Source: Spirochaetota bacterium (GTDB lineage: Bacteria; Spirochaetota; UBA4802; UBA5550). From it: 64,000 bases of DNA. Of the stretch, positions 30,745-39,437 are shown one piece after another; the first letter of the stretch is position 1, and every line of letters starts with the position of its first letter. The position numbers and the translations under genes were made by a program. Location of the stretch: contig JBGTBN010000149.1 of the NCBI GenBank assembly GCA_041749375.1, positions 3,014-67,013 of the forward strand, given 5' to 3'. Below the pieces are notes generated by a model, which was not told where the DNA came from, made no database searches, and saw only the letters and a list, made by a program, of their open reading frames with translations.

Positions 30745-31683
30745 ATGAAGCAACTATTTTGTCAATTATTGATACTTCTTCTAATATTTTTTACGGAAGA
30801 CTCTTATTCCGGGAACACGGGCGGTTCTGCCTGGGGCTACATTGTCCATACGGACAACCTGTCCCGACCATATCTCCTGAATATCATGAACAGGTTTTCA
30901 GTGATCTGCATAACCGGATTCAGCCTTGAGGATAACGGAACCATCAGGATGTCTGCTGCTTCGTCTATCGATACCATCAGGGAGCTGACCTCAAAAAAAG
31001 GAGTTACACTCTACCCCCTTATATCCTTCAAGTCTGCTCGTTCCGGTCGCCGCATTCTCTCTGACGAACACACACGAAAGAAAGCCGCTCGCAGCATCGC
31101 TGCCATGTCAGACAGGCTGGGGTTCCCCGGCGTTCATCTGGATTTTGAGTTCCTTCCCCCTGAATACGCGAAACTATTAGGACTCCTTCTTGACGATCTC
31201 AGGAAGGACTACAGCGGAAAAATTACCATGGCTGTTTTCCCGAAGATCGGTTTCCCCTCTGCATGGAGCGGTTTTCATGACATGGCCGTCATCGCGCCCC
31301 GGGTCGACGCAGTGGTCATGATGTGCTACGATCTCAATGGCTCTCACACGGGCCCCGGTCCGGTTACCGATGTGAAATGGGCAGAAAAAAATATTAAATA
31401 CGCACTGAAGCACATTAAGCCCGGCCGGCTCTGGCTCGGGATACCCGCATACGGATACCGCTGGTGCGGAAACAAGGCCACTGCCCTCTCTTCAAAACAT
31501 GGCGTAAAGCTGCCAGAAAAGCACAATGCCCGGAGGGACCCATCAGGCAACCTTTTCTATAAATCCGGGAATTCCTGTCTCACATATATATCCGACAGTC
31601 ATACCCGCTCGTTGTTGAGAGAACTGGCCGGCAGGTATGGTCTTGCAGGCACAGCTGTCTGGCGTATTGGCTTTGAAGAATGA
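30745..31683 (+). CDS. secreted glycoside hydrolase family 18-like protein
   Basis: Signal peptide, GVHLDFEF (DxxDxDxE-type catalytic strand, partly degenerate), and a GH18-like TIM-barrel pattern (MCYDL, LGIPAYGY). Confidence 0.65.
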   Translation: MKQLFCQLLILLLIFFTEDSYSGNTGGSAWGYIVHTDNLSRPYLLNIMNRFSVICITGFSLEDNGTIRMSAASSIDTIRELTSKKGVTLYPLISFKSARSGRRILSDEHTRKKAARSIAAMSDRLGFPGVHLDFEFLPPEYAKLLGLLLDDLRKDYSGKITMAVFPKIGFPSAWSGFHDMAVIAPRVDAVVMMCYDLNGSHTGPGPVTDVKWAEKNIKYALKHIKPGRLWLGIPAYGYRWCGNKATALSSKHGVKLPEKHNARRDPSGNLFYKSGNSCLTYISDSHTRSLLRELAGRYGLAGTAVWRIGFEE

Positions 31684-31870
31684 TTCAACTGCTTTTGAAT
31701 CCTGAATGAACCATCCCCGCATAATCATGTATTCGTACAATTAATTTGAACTAACATTTTTAATACAATATATATAAAAATTAATCAAGTTATCCGACAT
31801 AAAACCGATATTCAAGATGGGACATAAAAATTAATTAATCAGAAAAATCTAATCTTCTTGAGGGGATACT

Positions 31871-32095
31871 ATGGCACACAAAAAAGGAAAGAAAAAGAAT
31901 TTCAAACAACTGCTGACGAAGTATCTTGATATCAAGGGACTTGACATTATCCTGGTGCTCGAGGACGGACTTGAGATCGAGCTTTATAAAAACCGGTCCA
32001 TTGTAGGCGACATGATCGTTACCTTCGATATCGATAATGGTGAAAAGCAGATTCCGCTCAAGCAGGTCAAACACGTGGATATGTACGCCGCATAA
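31871..32095 (+). CDS. small hypothetical protein (74 aa, basic N-terminus)
   Basis: GAGGGGA SD 6 nt upstream of the ATG, followed directly by a strong terminator. No recognisable motif. Confidence 0.5.
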   Translation: MAHKKGKKKNFKQLLTKYLDIKGLDIILVLEDGLEIELYKNRSIVGDMIVTFDIDNGEKQIPLKQVKHVDMYAA

Positions 32096-32117
32096 TTCTC
32101 AATGCAATATTCATTAT

Positions 32118-32156
32118 CCGCGAAGGCGGGGCGTCTCGGCCCCGCCTTCGCGGTTT
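32118..32156. terminator. bidirectional GC-rich hairpin between convergent genes
   Basis: CCGCGAAGGCGGGGC-gtctcg-GCCCCGCCTTCGCGG followed by ttt; a 15-bp perfect stem. Confidence 0.75.
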
Positions 32157-32159
32157 CAT

Positions 32160-34097
32160 TCACTTCACCAGCTGCGAAATATCGACAAAATCCAGCTTCA
32201 GTTTCTTGAGAGTTCTCTTTTTGGGAATGCCGTTCTTGTCCCAGCCCCTGAGCTTGTAATACTTCGGGAGCATTTTATCCATCCGGACAACGGTTTCCGG
32301 CTTCCCGGGAATGAGCGGCTCATGCGTGAACCGCCTTGCAAGCCTGTCCTGGTCCTTGTTTATGCCCTCGCGGAGGTTGAACAGCTTTTCCATATTATAA
32401 CCACGGTCGCCGATCCTTGTCCATATGCCGAAATCCATTTTCATACCGGTCGCTTCCTTCAGGGCCTTTGAATGCGGTAGAAGGAACGGTACATGTATCT
32501 TTAACAGCCATGGCGGCGTTTTAACCGTGGCGGCGATGAGCCAGCCGATATTGCTCATTATTGCGGTAATTATTTTCGATAGCAGCGGCTTTCCCGGAAC
32601 CTTGTAAGCCGGTTTTGGGACGAAGGTCCACCCGGTGAATAGGCAGTTCCCGCCCGCGCTGATTACGGCCATGAGATTCTGCGTGAGAACGGTCCAGGGC
32701 GCCTTTCCGCGATACTTGTGCTGGTCCATTGTAATGGGGCCGGTCACCTCCATGTAGACCTCGTAGCCTGCGTCAAGATGGCAGGCACCGCGCGAGGCGG
32801 TGGCATACCCGAGCGCCTGGGAAACGGCACCCCGTGGCTCGTACGCGGGAATCTCCAGGCCCTTGACATGCGGCGCGAAATCCTCGCCGCCGTATTTCTT
32901 CGACAGGAAGCGCACACCCTCTGCGAGATCATTGCCGATACCCTTGCGGTAGGCGATGTCCCGTATCGTCTTCGACATCACCTTTTTATCGCCGAATGCT
33001 ATGCCGTTTTTCCAGAGGCCTTTTTCATTGAGCTCCGCCGCGAAACCGAGAATGGTCCCGGTGCTGATCGTGTCCATTCCCAGCAGGTCGATCTCGTAGT
33101 TCCAGTGTATGATCGCCTCAAGGTCATCGATAAGGAGGTTCGAGCCCATCAGGCACATGATCTCGTATTCCGGTCCCTTCACCTCGAGCCCGTTGATATT
33201 GACGACTCGCCCGCACCGGATCGGGCAGGAAACGCACCCGAAGTTCTTCACCAGGTACTTCTCGGCCAGCATTTCCCCGCTTATGTTATATGCCTTGTCA
33301 TAGGTCCCGACGCTGAAATTTTTTGTCGGGAGCGCGTTCCGGACCGACAGCGGCATGAGCGAGAAAGCTGTTCCGAGGCGGGGCGCCATGTCGCCCGTGG
33401 CCGGGTGCGCCTGGAGAAGCTTAATCCACTTTTTCACCGTGACCTTGTAATTCTCGGGATCATGGATCGGGACCGAATTCGTCCCGCGCGCGATCATGCC
33501 CTTCAGGTTCTTCGATCCCATCACCGCGCCCATGCCGGTCCGCCCGTGGCAGCGCTCCTGTGAGACAACCGCTGCGAACTTGACCAGGTTCTCGCCCGCA
33601 GGGCCTATCGCCATTGATCCGCCCTTTTCCTTCCCGAGCATGGCCTTCTGCGATTCCTGCGTGTCCATTCCCCAAATTTTTCCCGCCGGTTTAATCGTTA
33701 CCGAATCATTTATGATCTCGATGTAGACCGGCTTTTTGGCTTTCCCCCGCACGACCATTCCGTCCCATCCGGCCCTTTTCAAATTCATGCCGAAATTCCC
33801 GCCGCTGTTGGAATGGCCGATAGCCCCGGTCTGCGGACTTTTTGAAGAGATATCGTACCTGCTGGTGCAGGGACCTCCCGAGCCGGTGAGCGGCGATGTC
33901 ATGACTACCAGTATGTTTTCTTCAGAAAGTGGATCGATCCCGGGCTTCAGTTCGTCCCAGAGTATCTTTGTGCTCAGGTAACGTCCCCCCAGGAAAAGCT
34001 CCCGGTCCGTATCACTCACTTGGTACTCTCCAACCTTGCCCGTTGACAGGTTGATATCAAGCATAGTACCCATGTATCCCTTGTAGATGCTAGCCAT
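32160..34097 (-). CDS. aldehyde:ferredoxin oxidoreductase (tungstopterin AOR family)
   Basis: AOR_N plus AOR domain pattern and the GCVSCPIRCGR cluster motif. ATG 34097 has AAGGAG 6 nt upstream, whereas the listed start at 34115 is TTG. Confidence 0.92.
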   Translation of the reverse strand: MASIYKGYMGTMLDINLSTGKVGEYQVSDTDRELFLGGRYLSTKILWDELKPGIDPLSEENILVVMTSPLTGSGGPCTSRYDISSKSPQTGAIGHSNSGGNFGMNLKRAGWDGMVVRGKAKKPVYIEIINDSVTIKPAGKIWGMDTQESQKAMLGKEKGGSMAIGPAGENLVKFAAVVSQERCHGRTGMGAVMGSKNLKGMIARGTNSVPIHDPENYKVTVKKWIKLLQAHPATGDMAPRLGTAFSLMPLSVRNALPTKNFSVGTYDKAYNISGEMLAEKYLVKNFGCVSCPIRCGRVVNINGLEVKGPEYEIMCLMGSNLLIDDLEAIIHWNYEIDLLGMDTISTGTILGFAAELNEKGLWKNGIAFGDKKVMSKTIRDIAYRKGIGNDLAEGVRFLSKKYGGEDFAPHVKGLEIPAYEPRGAVSQALGYATASRGACHLDAGYEVYMEVTGPITMDQHKYRGKAPWTVLTQNLMAVISAGGNCLFTGWTFVPKPAYKVPGKPLLSKIITAIMSNIGWLIAATVKTPPWLLKIHVPFLLPHSKALKEATGMKMDFGIWTRIGDRGYNMEKLFNLREGINKDQDRLARRFTHEPLIPGKPETVVRMDKMLPKYYKLRGWDKNGIPKKRTLKKLKLDFVDISQLVK

Positions 34098-34188
34098 GTT
34101 CCGCTCCTTGATCAACTGTTGTTACCGGGATGCTGCATTGGGAGCATGGCCGGTTGAATATCGCCTTGTGCCGCAATCGCTCCCGTAT

Positions 34189-34665
34189 TCAGCGCGCTGC
34201 CGTGGTACCGGGCAGTTCGTTCGCGACCCCGAGTATCACGTCTATATTCCTTATCAGGTCCAGCATAACACCGAGCTGCGCGTCCGTATACCCCCCCAGC
34301 CTGGCAAGTATCATTTCCAGGGTATGCGTCTCGATCCTCGTGACCATATCCTCACCCTGAGGCGACAGGCGTATGAAAATATTCCTCCTGTCTTTTACGT
34401 CCCTGCTTCTCGTAATCAATTTCTTTTTTTCGAGCTGGTCTATAAGGCGTGTCGCGGCAAATACCGGTATCCTTAGTTCATCGGCTGTTTCGCTTACGCG
34501 AAGAGGGTCGGATCGCTTGAGATATTTCAGGAGATACATCTGCTGGTAATCCAGTCCGAATAATTCGATCTCGGTTCGCTCAAAGAGGTATATTGTCCTC
34601 AGGGCGTGGTAGAGTAGCTCTTCAATCTGGTTTTTATCCATTGTTGTCAATAATGACTTCTTCAT
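34189..34665 (-). CDS. MarR-family transcriptional regulator
   Basis: wHTH core QMYLLKYLKRSDPLRVSETADELRIPVFAATRLIDQLEKKKLITRSRDVKDRRNIFIRLSPQG. Confidence 0.85.
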   Translation of the reverse strand: MKKSLLTTMDKNQIEELLYHALRTIYLFERTEIELFGLDYQQMYLLKYLKRSDPLRVSETADELRIPVFAATRLIDQLEKKKLITRSRDVKDRRNIFIRLSPQGEDMVTRIETHTLEMILARLGGYTDAQLGVMLDLIRNIDVILGVANELPGTTAAR

Positions 34666-34690
34666 GATATAAACATACCAGCATGTTGAA

Positions 34691-34717
34691 AAATTGCAAC
34701 AATATTTCTTGCAATTT
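34691..34717. promoter_or_regulatory. candidate MarR operator (9-bp perfect inverted repeat, three TTGCAA hexamers)
   Basis: AAATTGCAA-caatatttc-TTGCAATTT, followed by a third TTGCAA; 26 nt upstream of the marR start. Confidence 0.4.
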
Positions 34718-34827
34718 GCAAATATTTTTCATTTTACCATCTACCCTCTCCACTCGGCTCTTTTTTTTATTGATTAATTGAAAGAGATACCTGATTTATT
34801 GATCATCATGTCCGGGACGCTCTACAG

Positions 34828-34987
34828 GGCTGTCCCATAAGCTACCTCGATACGAATTTCGTAACGCTTGTCGAGCGCTGTACCGAGCCCGTCGAGGTGT
34901 GATTTTGACGCCATGGGCGGCAAAATCGTATCAAGACAAGCAAGAGGCAAGAGCGAAATTCACTCGGCAACCGCTTATGGGACAGCC
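34828..34987. repeat. 160-nt element bounded by 15-bp perfect inverted repeats, with nested hairpins
   Basis: ggctgtcccataagc (34828-34842) and gcttatgggacagcc (34973-34987). Internal hairpins at 34846-34875 and 34901-34927, ccgag/ctcgg pairing at 34883-87/34963-67, and CAAG x4 at 34932-34951. Confidence 0.7.
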
Positions 34988-35042
34988 TCATACTGATAAA
35001 ACGATACATGACATGTCATTAAAAGGAAAGGTCGAATACTTC

Positions 35043-36299
35043 ATGAACATCATTCAAAGATACAGAAATTTTTCAACAGGTCTGTCAGACCCTCGAAGGA
35101 AATCTATCATATCGAGGCGTTTTATAATCGCCCTTTCCGTCATATATTCTTCACTTATTATTGCTGTTGCGATCTCTTTCAATGTCATAATGCACAAAAA
35201 TGCTGAAACGCTCAGGGACGCTCTGGAATCAAACGCGCGCGATACCATGCTTGAACGTACTGAGCTGATCGTTTCGCGTCTCCAGTCGTCCGGTGTGATT
35301 ACCCCAGGCGCTATATCCGGCAAGCTGCGTGAATATAACGCCGGTACCGGCAGGCTCCTTGCCGCAATCATCTTCACCAAGACAGCAGATGAAAATTTTT
35401 ACAGGACTTCCGAGATCATCCACCTCCATGAAAACTTCACTCCCGGCCTTCAACCCCGGTCGATCGTGCGGCAGGAAAAAGAGGTGAATTACCTGAAAAA
35501 AGGACGGTTGCACGGCATTGTCGACCCAGCGATATACACCGGTGACGGTTACTGCTGGCAAAATGCCTATTACCCGATTGACCTCGGTAAGAAAAAGGGA
35601 ATACTACAGCTCATGATGACGGCTTCGACTATCAGGGAGACCCTTGAGGGGTACGTCGCAGACACGAAAACAACGCAAACAGTCATGATTGTCATCGCCG
35701 CCCTTCTCGTCCTGGCCGTGGTACTGCTTACACTGATATTTTTGCAAAACTATTCCCTGCTGCTCGGCAACCTGTCGCAATTCATGGAAAAAGCAGCGGG
35801 CGGAGATCTCAATATTTCCCTGAAGGAAACCGGCGACGATGAGCTTGACCAGCTCGCCCAGTCCTTCAACACACTCATCGAGGAGATGAAGGATCTCTCT
35901 GCCAGGCCTTCACCTGAGCCCGGTACGCAAACCGCGCCAGTTTCCGCTGCGTCGGAGCCTGCCCCGGTTCCGGAAGATAAACCTGGTCAACCGGCACCGG
36001 GTGAATCCGGGACCGCTGCCGGGCCGCAGTCCGACGAGACCGGGGTCCTGTTCACCTCTGCGGTTACCCTTCTGAAAAACAACGAGCTTGATGACGCCAT
36101 CGCCATGTTCAGGACCCTGACCATCGTGAAGCCGCAGGGTTTCGGGAGCTGGTTTAACCTGGGTGTCGCCCATGCCAAAAAGCGCGACTACGACAAGGCC
36201 ATCCTGATGTTCGAGAAGGCCCGCCGTCTCAACCCCGGGTTCGAAGTAACAACGCAATACATTGAAAAACTCAAAAGGCTGATACGTCCGGATGCCTGA
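35043..36299 (+). CDS. membrane sensor-like protein: periplasmic domain, HAMP, Pro-rich linker, TPR
   Basis: Two TM segments and a HAMP domain (FMEKAAGGDLNISLKETGDDELDQLAQSFNTLIEEMKDL), then C-terminal TPR repeats. ATG 35043 is preferred because the listed upstream extension runs through the inverted-repeat element. Confidence 0.7.
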   Translation: MNIIQRYRNFSTGLSDPRRKSIISRRFIIALSVIYSSLIIAVAISFNVIMHKNAETLRDALESNARDTMLERTELIVSRLQSSGVITPGAISGKLREYNAGTGRLLAAIIFTKTADENFYRTSEIIHLHENFTPGLQPRSIVRQEKEVNYLKKGRLHGIVDPAIYTGDGYCWQNAYYPIDLGKKKGILQLMMTASTIRETLEGYVADTKTTQTVMIVIAALLVLAVVLLTLIFLQNYSLLLGNLSQFMEKAAGGDLNISLKETGDDELDQLAQSFNTLIEEMKDLSARPSPEPGTQTAPVSAASEPAPVPEDKPGQPAPGESGTAAGPQSDETGVLFTSAVTLLKNNELDDAIAMFRTLTIVKPQGFGSWFNLGVAHAKKRDYDKAILMFEKARRLNPGFEVTTQYIEKLKRLIRPDA

Positions 36300-38106
36300 G
36301 ACCGACCATTTAAAAAGGATTCTCTCCGGAGCACCCGGCGAGCCGGGCGTGTATCTCATGAAAGACGACGCAGGATCGATCGTCTACATCGGCAAGGCCG
36401 GCTCTCTCAGGAAAAGGGTCACGTCCTATTTCCAGAAGCGTGAGCATGATATCAAAACAAGGGTCCTTGTAAAAATCATCCGGGACATCGAATTCATTGT
36501 TACCGATTCGGAAATCGAGGCGCTGATCCTGGAAAGCAGCCTCATCAAGAAACACCGGCCTAAATTCAACATCCAGAAAAAGGACGACAAGCGGTACCCC
36601 TATATAGCCATTACCCTTGACGAGGAGTATCCCCGCGTTATCTATACCCGTACGGTCAGGAAAAACGGCACTCGTTATTTCGGGCCCTATACCGACGCCC
36701 GCGCCGCGAAAGGAACGGTCAAGCTCATAAACGGCATATTCAAGCTTAAGATATGCATGCGCGGCCTGCCTCTTAAAAGCAATGAACGTCCCTGCATGAA
36801 TTTCCAGATCAACAAGTGCAGCGGCGTGTGCCGCGGGACGATCTCCCGGGACGAATACCGGGCAATCATCGACAACGCGGTACGCTTCCTTGAGGGATCG
36901 GTCGAGCCTGTCATACAGGACCTCCAGGGCATGATGAAGGGCTTCTCCGAAGCCCGGGAATACGAGAAGGCCTCGGAAATACGGAACATCATCTTTGATA
37001 TCCAGAAGATCTCGGAAACGCAAAAGGTCGATGTGCCGATCGGAAAGGACCAGGACTACATAGGCGCGTCAAAGTTCGGAAACGAGGGAATCATCGTTCT
37101 GTTCGAGTTCAGGAGCGGAGCGCTTCTCGGCAGAAAGATATCGATTTACGACAATGCCGAGTTCGCCGACACCGGGGAGATCGTCAGGTCGTTCATACTC
37201 GGCTATTACGAAACAGCCGACATCCCGGCCCGCATCATTGCCGAACGGCAGGTCCCCGACCGTGCCGTCATACAAGACCTTCTCAAGAGGCGTGCGAAGC
37301 GGTCCGTTACGATCTCGGTCCCGGAGACCAACGACGACCGTGGCATCATCAGGCTTATTCACAAGAACATCGACGTGATCGCTGCGGAACGCTACGCTGA
37401 GCGAGAAACACGGGACACGCTGAAAGGCCTGCAGGAGCTACAGGAGCGCCTGTGGCTGGACCTACCGCCCCGCCGGATGGAATGCTTTGACGTATCGAAC
37501 CTGCAGGGTACCGACGCCGTTGCCTCGATGGTTTCGTTCCGCGACGGGAAACCGGACAAAAAAAGTTACCGGCGATACCGGATACGCGGCTATGAATCTG
37601 CCGATGACCCGGGCATGATCCACGAGGCAGTGGGACGCCGCGTCCAGTTCCTCGTCAACGAAGGACTGGAACTTCCCGATCTCATGATCATCGACGGCGG
37701 GCCGACTCAGCTCACACGGGCGCTGGAGGCAGCGCGTAATTTTACGCCCTCCCTGAAGATTGTATCCATAGCCAAGCGTTTCGAGGAGCTTTATACCGAT
37801 CCCGGGCAGGAGCCACTCCGGCTCCCCCCCGCTTCCCCGGGCCTCAAGCTGATCCAGAATATACGCGATGAGGCGCATCGATTTGCGGTATCGTATCACC
37901 GCGCGCTCCGTGATAAAAAGACGTCGCGGTCGGTCCTTGACGAGATACCGCTCTCTGAAAAAACGAAGCGGCTCCTGCTTGAGCGGTTTAAATCGATCAG
38001 TGCCATAAGCGCAGCGTCGAAAGAGGACATTGAAAGCGTCCCGGGTATCGGGAGTAAGACAGCGATGAAAATCAGCGGGTTCTTCAAAAAGCGAGACGAC
38101 GGGTGA
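36292..38106 (+). CDS. uvrC: excinuclease ABC subunit C
   Basis: GIY-YIG (GVYLMKDDAGSIVYIGKAGSLRKRV), a UVR domain, an endonuclease domain and a C-terminal HhH. Confidence 0.95.
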   Translation: MPETDHLKRILSGAPGEPGVYLMKDDAGSIVYIGKAGSLRKRVTSYFQKREHDIKTRVLVKIIRDIEFIVTDSEIEALILESSLIKKHRPKFNIQKKDDKRYPYIAITLDEEYPRVIYTRTVRKNGTRYFGPYTDARAAKGTVKLINGIFKLKICMRGLPLKSNERPCMNFQINKCSGVCRGTISRDEYRAIIDNAVRFLEGSVEPVIQDLQGMMKGFSEAREYEKASEIRNIIFDIQKISETQKVDVPIGKDQDYIGASKFGNEGIIVLFEFRSGALLGRKISIYDNAEFADTGEIVRSFILGYYETADIPARIIAERQVPDRAVIQDLLKRRAKRSVTISVPETNDDRGIIRLIHKNIDVIAAERYAERETRDTLKGLQELQERLWLDLPPRRMECFDVSNLQGTDAVASMVSFRDGKPDKKSYRRYRIRGYESADDPGMIHEAVGRRVQFLVNEGLELPDLMIIDGGPTQLTRALEAARNFTPSLKIVSIAKRFEELYTDPGQEPLRLPPASPGLKLIQNIRDEAHRFAVSYHRALRDKKTSRSVLDEIPLSEKTKRLLLERFKSISAISAASKEDIESVPGIGSKTAMKISGFFKKRDDG

Positions 38107-38125
38107 TGCGCCCCATGACGAAGTC

Positions 38126-38884
38126 TTAATCCGCCGGCGGTCGCTCGCATCCGCGGCCGCTTTTGAATCTTTTTTCCAGGCGGTTCACGATTGACCTGAA
38201 ACGGGCCATGTTCCGTAACTGATCGAACGAATTCTCTTCATGCAACAGGGCGGGATTGCATAAGCCGGCCTCTTCCGCACGCTCGAGGCATTCGAGCGCT
38301 CTCTCCGTTTCTTTTTTTTGCGCGTAAAGGCAGGCGCGGTTGAAATGCGCAACGAAATACCCGGCATCCCTTTCAGCGGCCCTGCCGTACATGTAGATGG
38401 CTTCATCATCAAGCCCGAGGCGGGTATAGGTCTGCGCGAGATTGAAATAATACGCCGCCTGTTCCGGGTCAAGGATAATCGACCGGGAATAGTCCTTCAG
38501 GGCCCTGTTATAGTCACCCTTCCTGTAATATGAATTGCCCCGTATGAAATAGGGCATCGCGTATTTCTCGTTCATCATGATAGCCCGGTTCGCGTCCGCA
38601 ATCGCGTCGTCGAAGCGCTCCTTCCGGTTGTACTCGGACGCCCTGTTACTGTATGCCGCGGCGCCGGGATTTATCCGGATGGAGCGCGTGTAGGATCGAA
38701 TCGCCTCATCGATCCTGTTCTCTTTGGAGAACTGTATGCCTTCATCATAATAGCGGCGCGCCTCCATGTTGAGGCTCCGGATGCGCGAATTGTCGAACCC
38801 GGCAGAGCATGAGGCGCACATCGCGGCTACAACGGTAATCATGACGAGTGATATAACGTTTATTTTGATAGGCATATTCAGCAT
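38126..38884 (-). CDS. TPR-repeat exported/lipoprotein-like protein
   Basis: Signal peptide with Cys residues (AAMCASCS) and about 5 TPR units (AIRSYTRSIRINPGAAAYSNRA...). Confidence 0.75.
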   Translation of the reverse strand: MLNMPIKINVISLVMITVVAAMCASCSAGFDNSRIRSLNMEARRYYDEGIQFSKENRIDEAIRSYTRSIRINPGAAAYSNRASEYNRKERFDDAIADANRAIMMNEKYAMPYFIRGNSYYRKGDYNRALKDYSRSIILDPEQAAYYFNLAQTYTRLGLDDEAIYMYGRAAERDAGYFVAHFNRACLYAQKKETERALECLERAEEAGLCNPALLHEENSFDQLRNMARFRSIVNRLEKRFKSGRGCERPPAD

Positions 38885-39010
38885 GTATGGATGTTGCCCT
38901 TTCCGGTATCAGGATAAACAGCATTTCCTGTCAGAATGAAATATATCAAGGATTAATTCTTCATAATAATGGAATTTTGTCTTTCTCCTCCATACTACAC
39001 CTGTACCGGC

Positions 39011-39170
39011 GAGGCGAATGGGTGAACCACTAATGGACACGAATGAACTCTAATGATGCACTAAATAATCCATCTGCATGAGTGTTTAGGATTTTATCTC
39101 CGTGTTCCTTGTGAACTCTGTGAGATGTATTTAAGGCAATTCGCGTGTATTCGTGTTCATTCGTGGTTTA
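39011..39170. repeat. inverted pair of 10-bp-phased short repeats
   Basis: The left arm has (G/T)AATG at 39016, 39031, 39041 and 39051. The right arm is attcgcgtgt/attcgtgttc/attcgtggtt. aaccactaatggacacgaat (39025-39044) matches the reverse complement of 39149-39168 at 18 of 20 positions. Confidence 0.7.
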
Positions 39171-39266
39171 TTTTTTATTCATAATGCCCCCCTTGCACTT
39201 TCTGTTACCTGCCTCTTAGAGCGGCCTGGGACGCTGCGTTTTATTACAAGAAATTGAGAAATTTAC

Positions 39267-39294
39267 TTTACACGACCACCCTCTTCTGTAAAAG
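39267..39294 (+). promoter_or_regulatory. candidate promoter for tRNA-Pro
   Basis: TTTACA-N16-TAAAAG, about 20 nt upstream of the tRNA 5' end. Confidence 0.3.
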
Positions 39295-39313
39295 TTGTAT
39301 CAGATTAGTTACT

Positions 39314-39388
39314 CGGGGCGTGGCGCAGCCCGGTTAGCGCACTTGACTGGGGGTCAAGGGGTCGAAGGTTCAAATCCTTTCGCCCCGA
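39314..39388 (+). tRNA. tRNA-Pro (anticodon GGG)
   Basis: Hand-folded cloverleaf. Acceptor CGGGGCG/CGCCCCG, D-arm GCGC-agcccggttag-GCGC, anticodon stem CTTGA/TCAAG with loop cuGGGgg (G37), T-arm GAAGG-ttcaaat-CCTTT, discriminator A. CCA is not encoded. Confidence 0.9.
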
Positions 39389-39437
39389 ATGCTATCTACC
39401 TTTCTTGTTACTACCATTCTACCCGCATGGAAGGCTT

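Noticed and set aside
34828-34987. Inverted-repeat-bounded element as a retron msr/msd locus
   Set aside because: No reverse transcriptase gene is present anywhere in the window. The downstream gene is a HAMP/TPR sensor.
34899-35042. Upstream 48-codon extension of the HAMP/TPR ORF
   Set aside because: It runs through the inverted-repeat element, has no SD and starts with GTG. ATG 35043 directly precedes the first TM segment.
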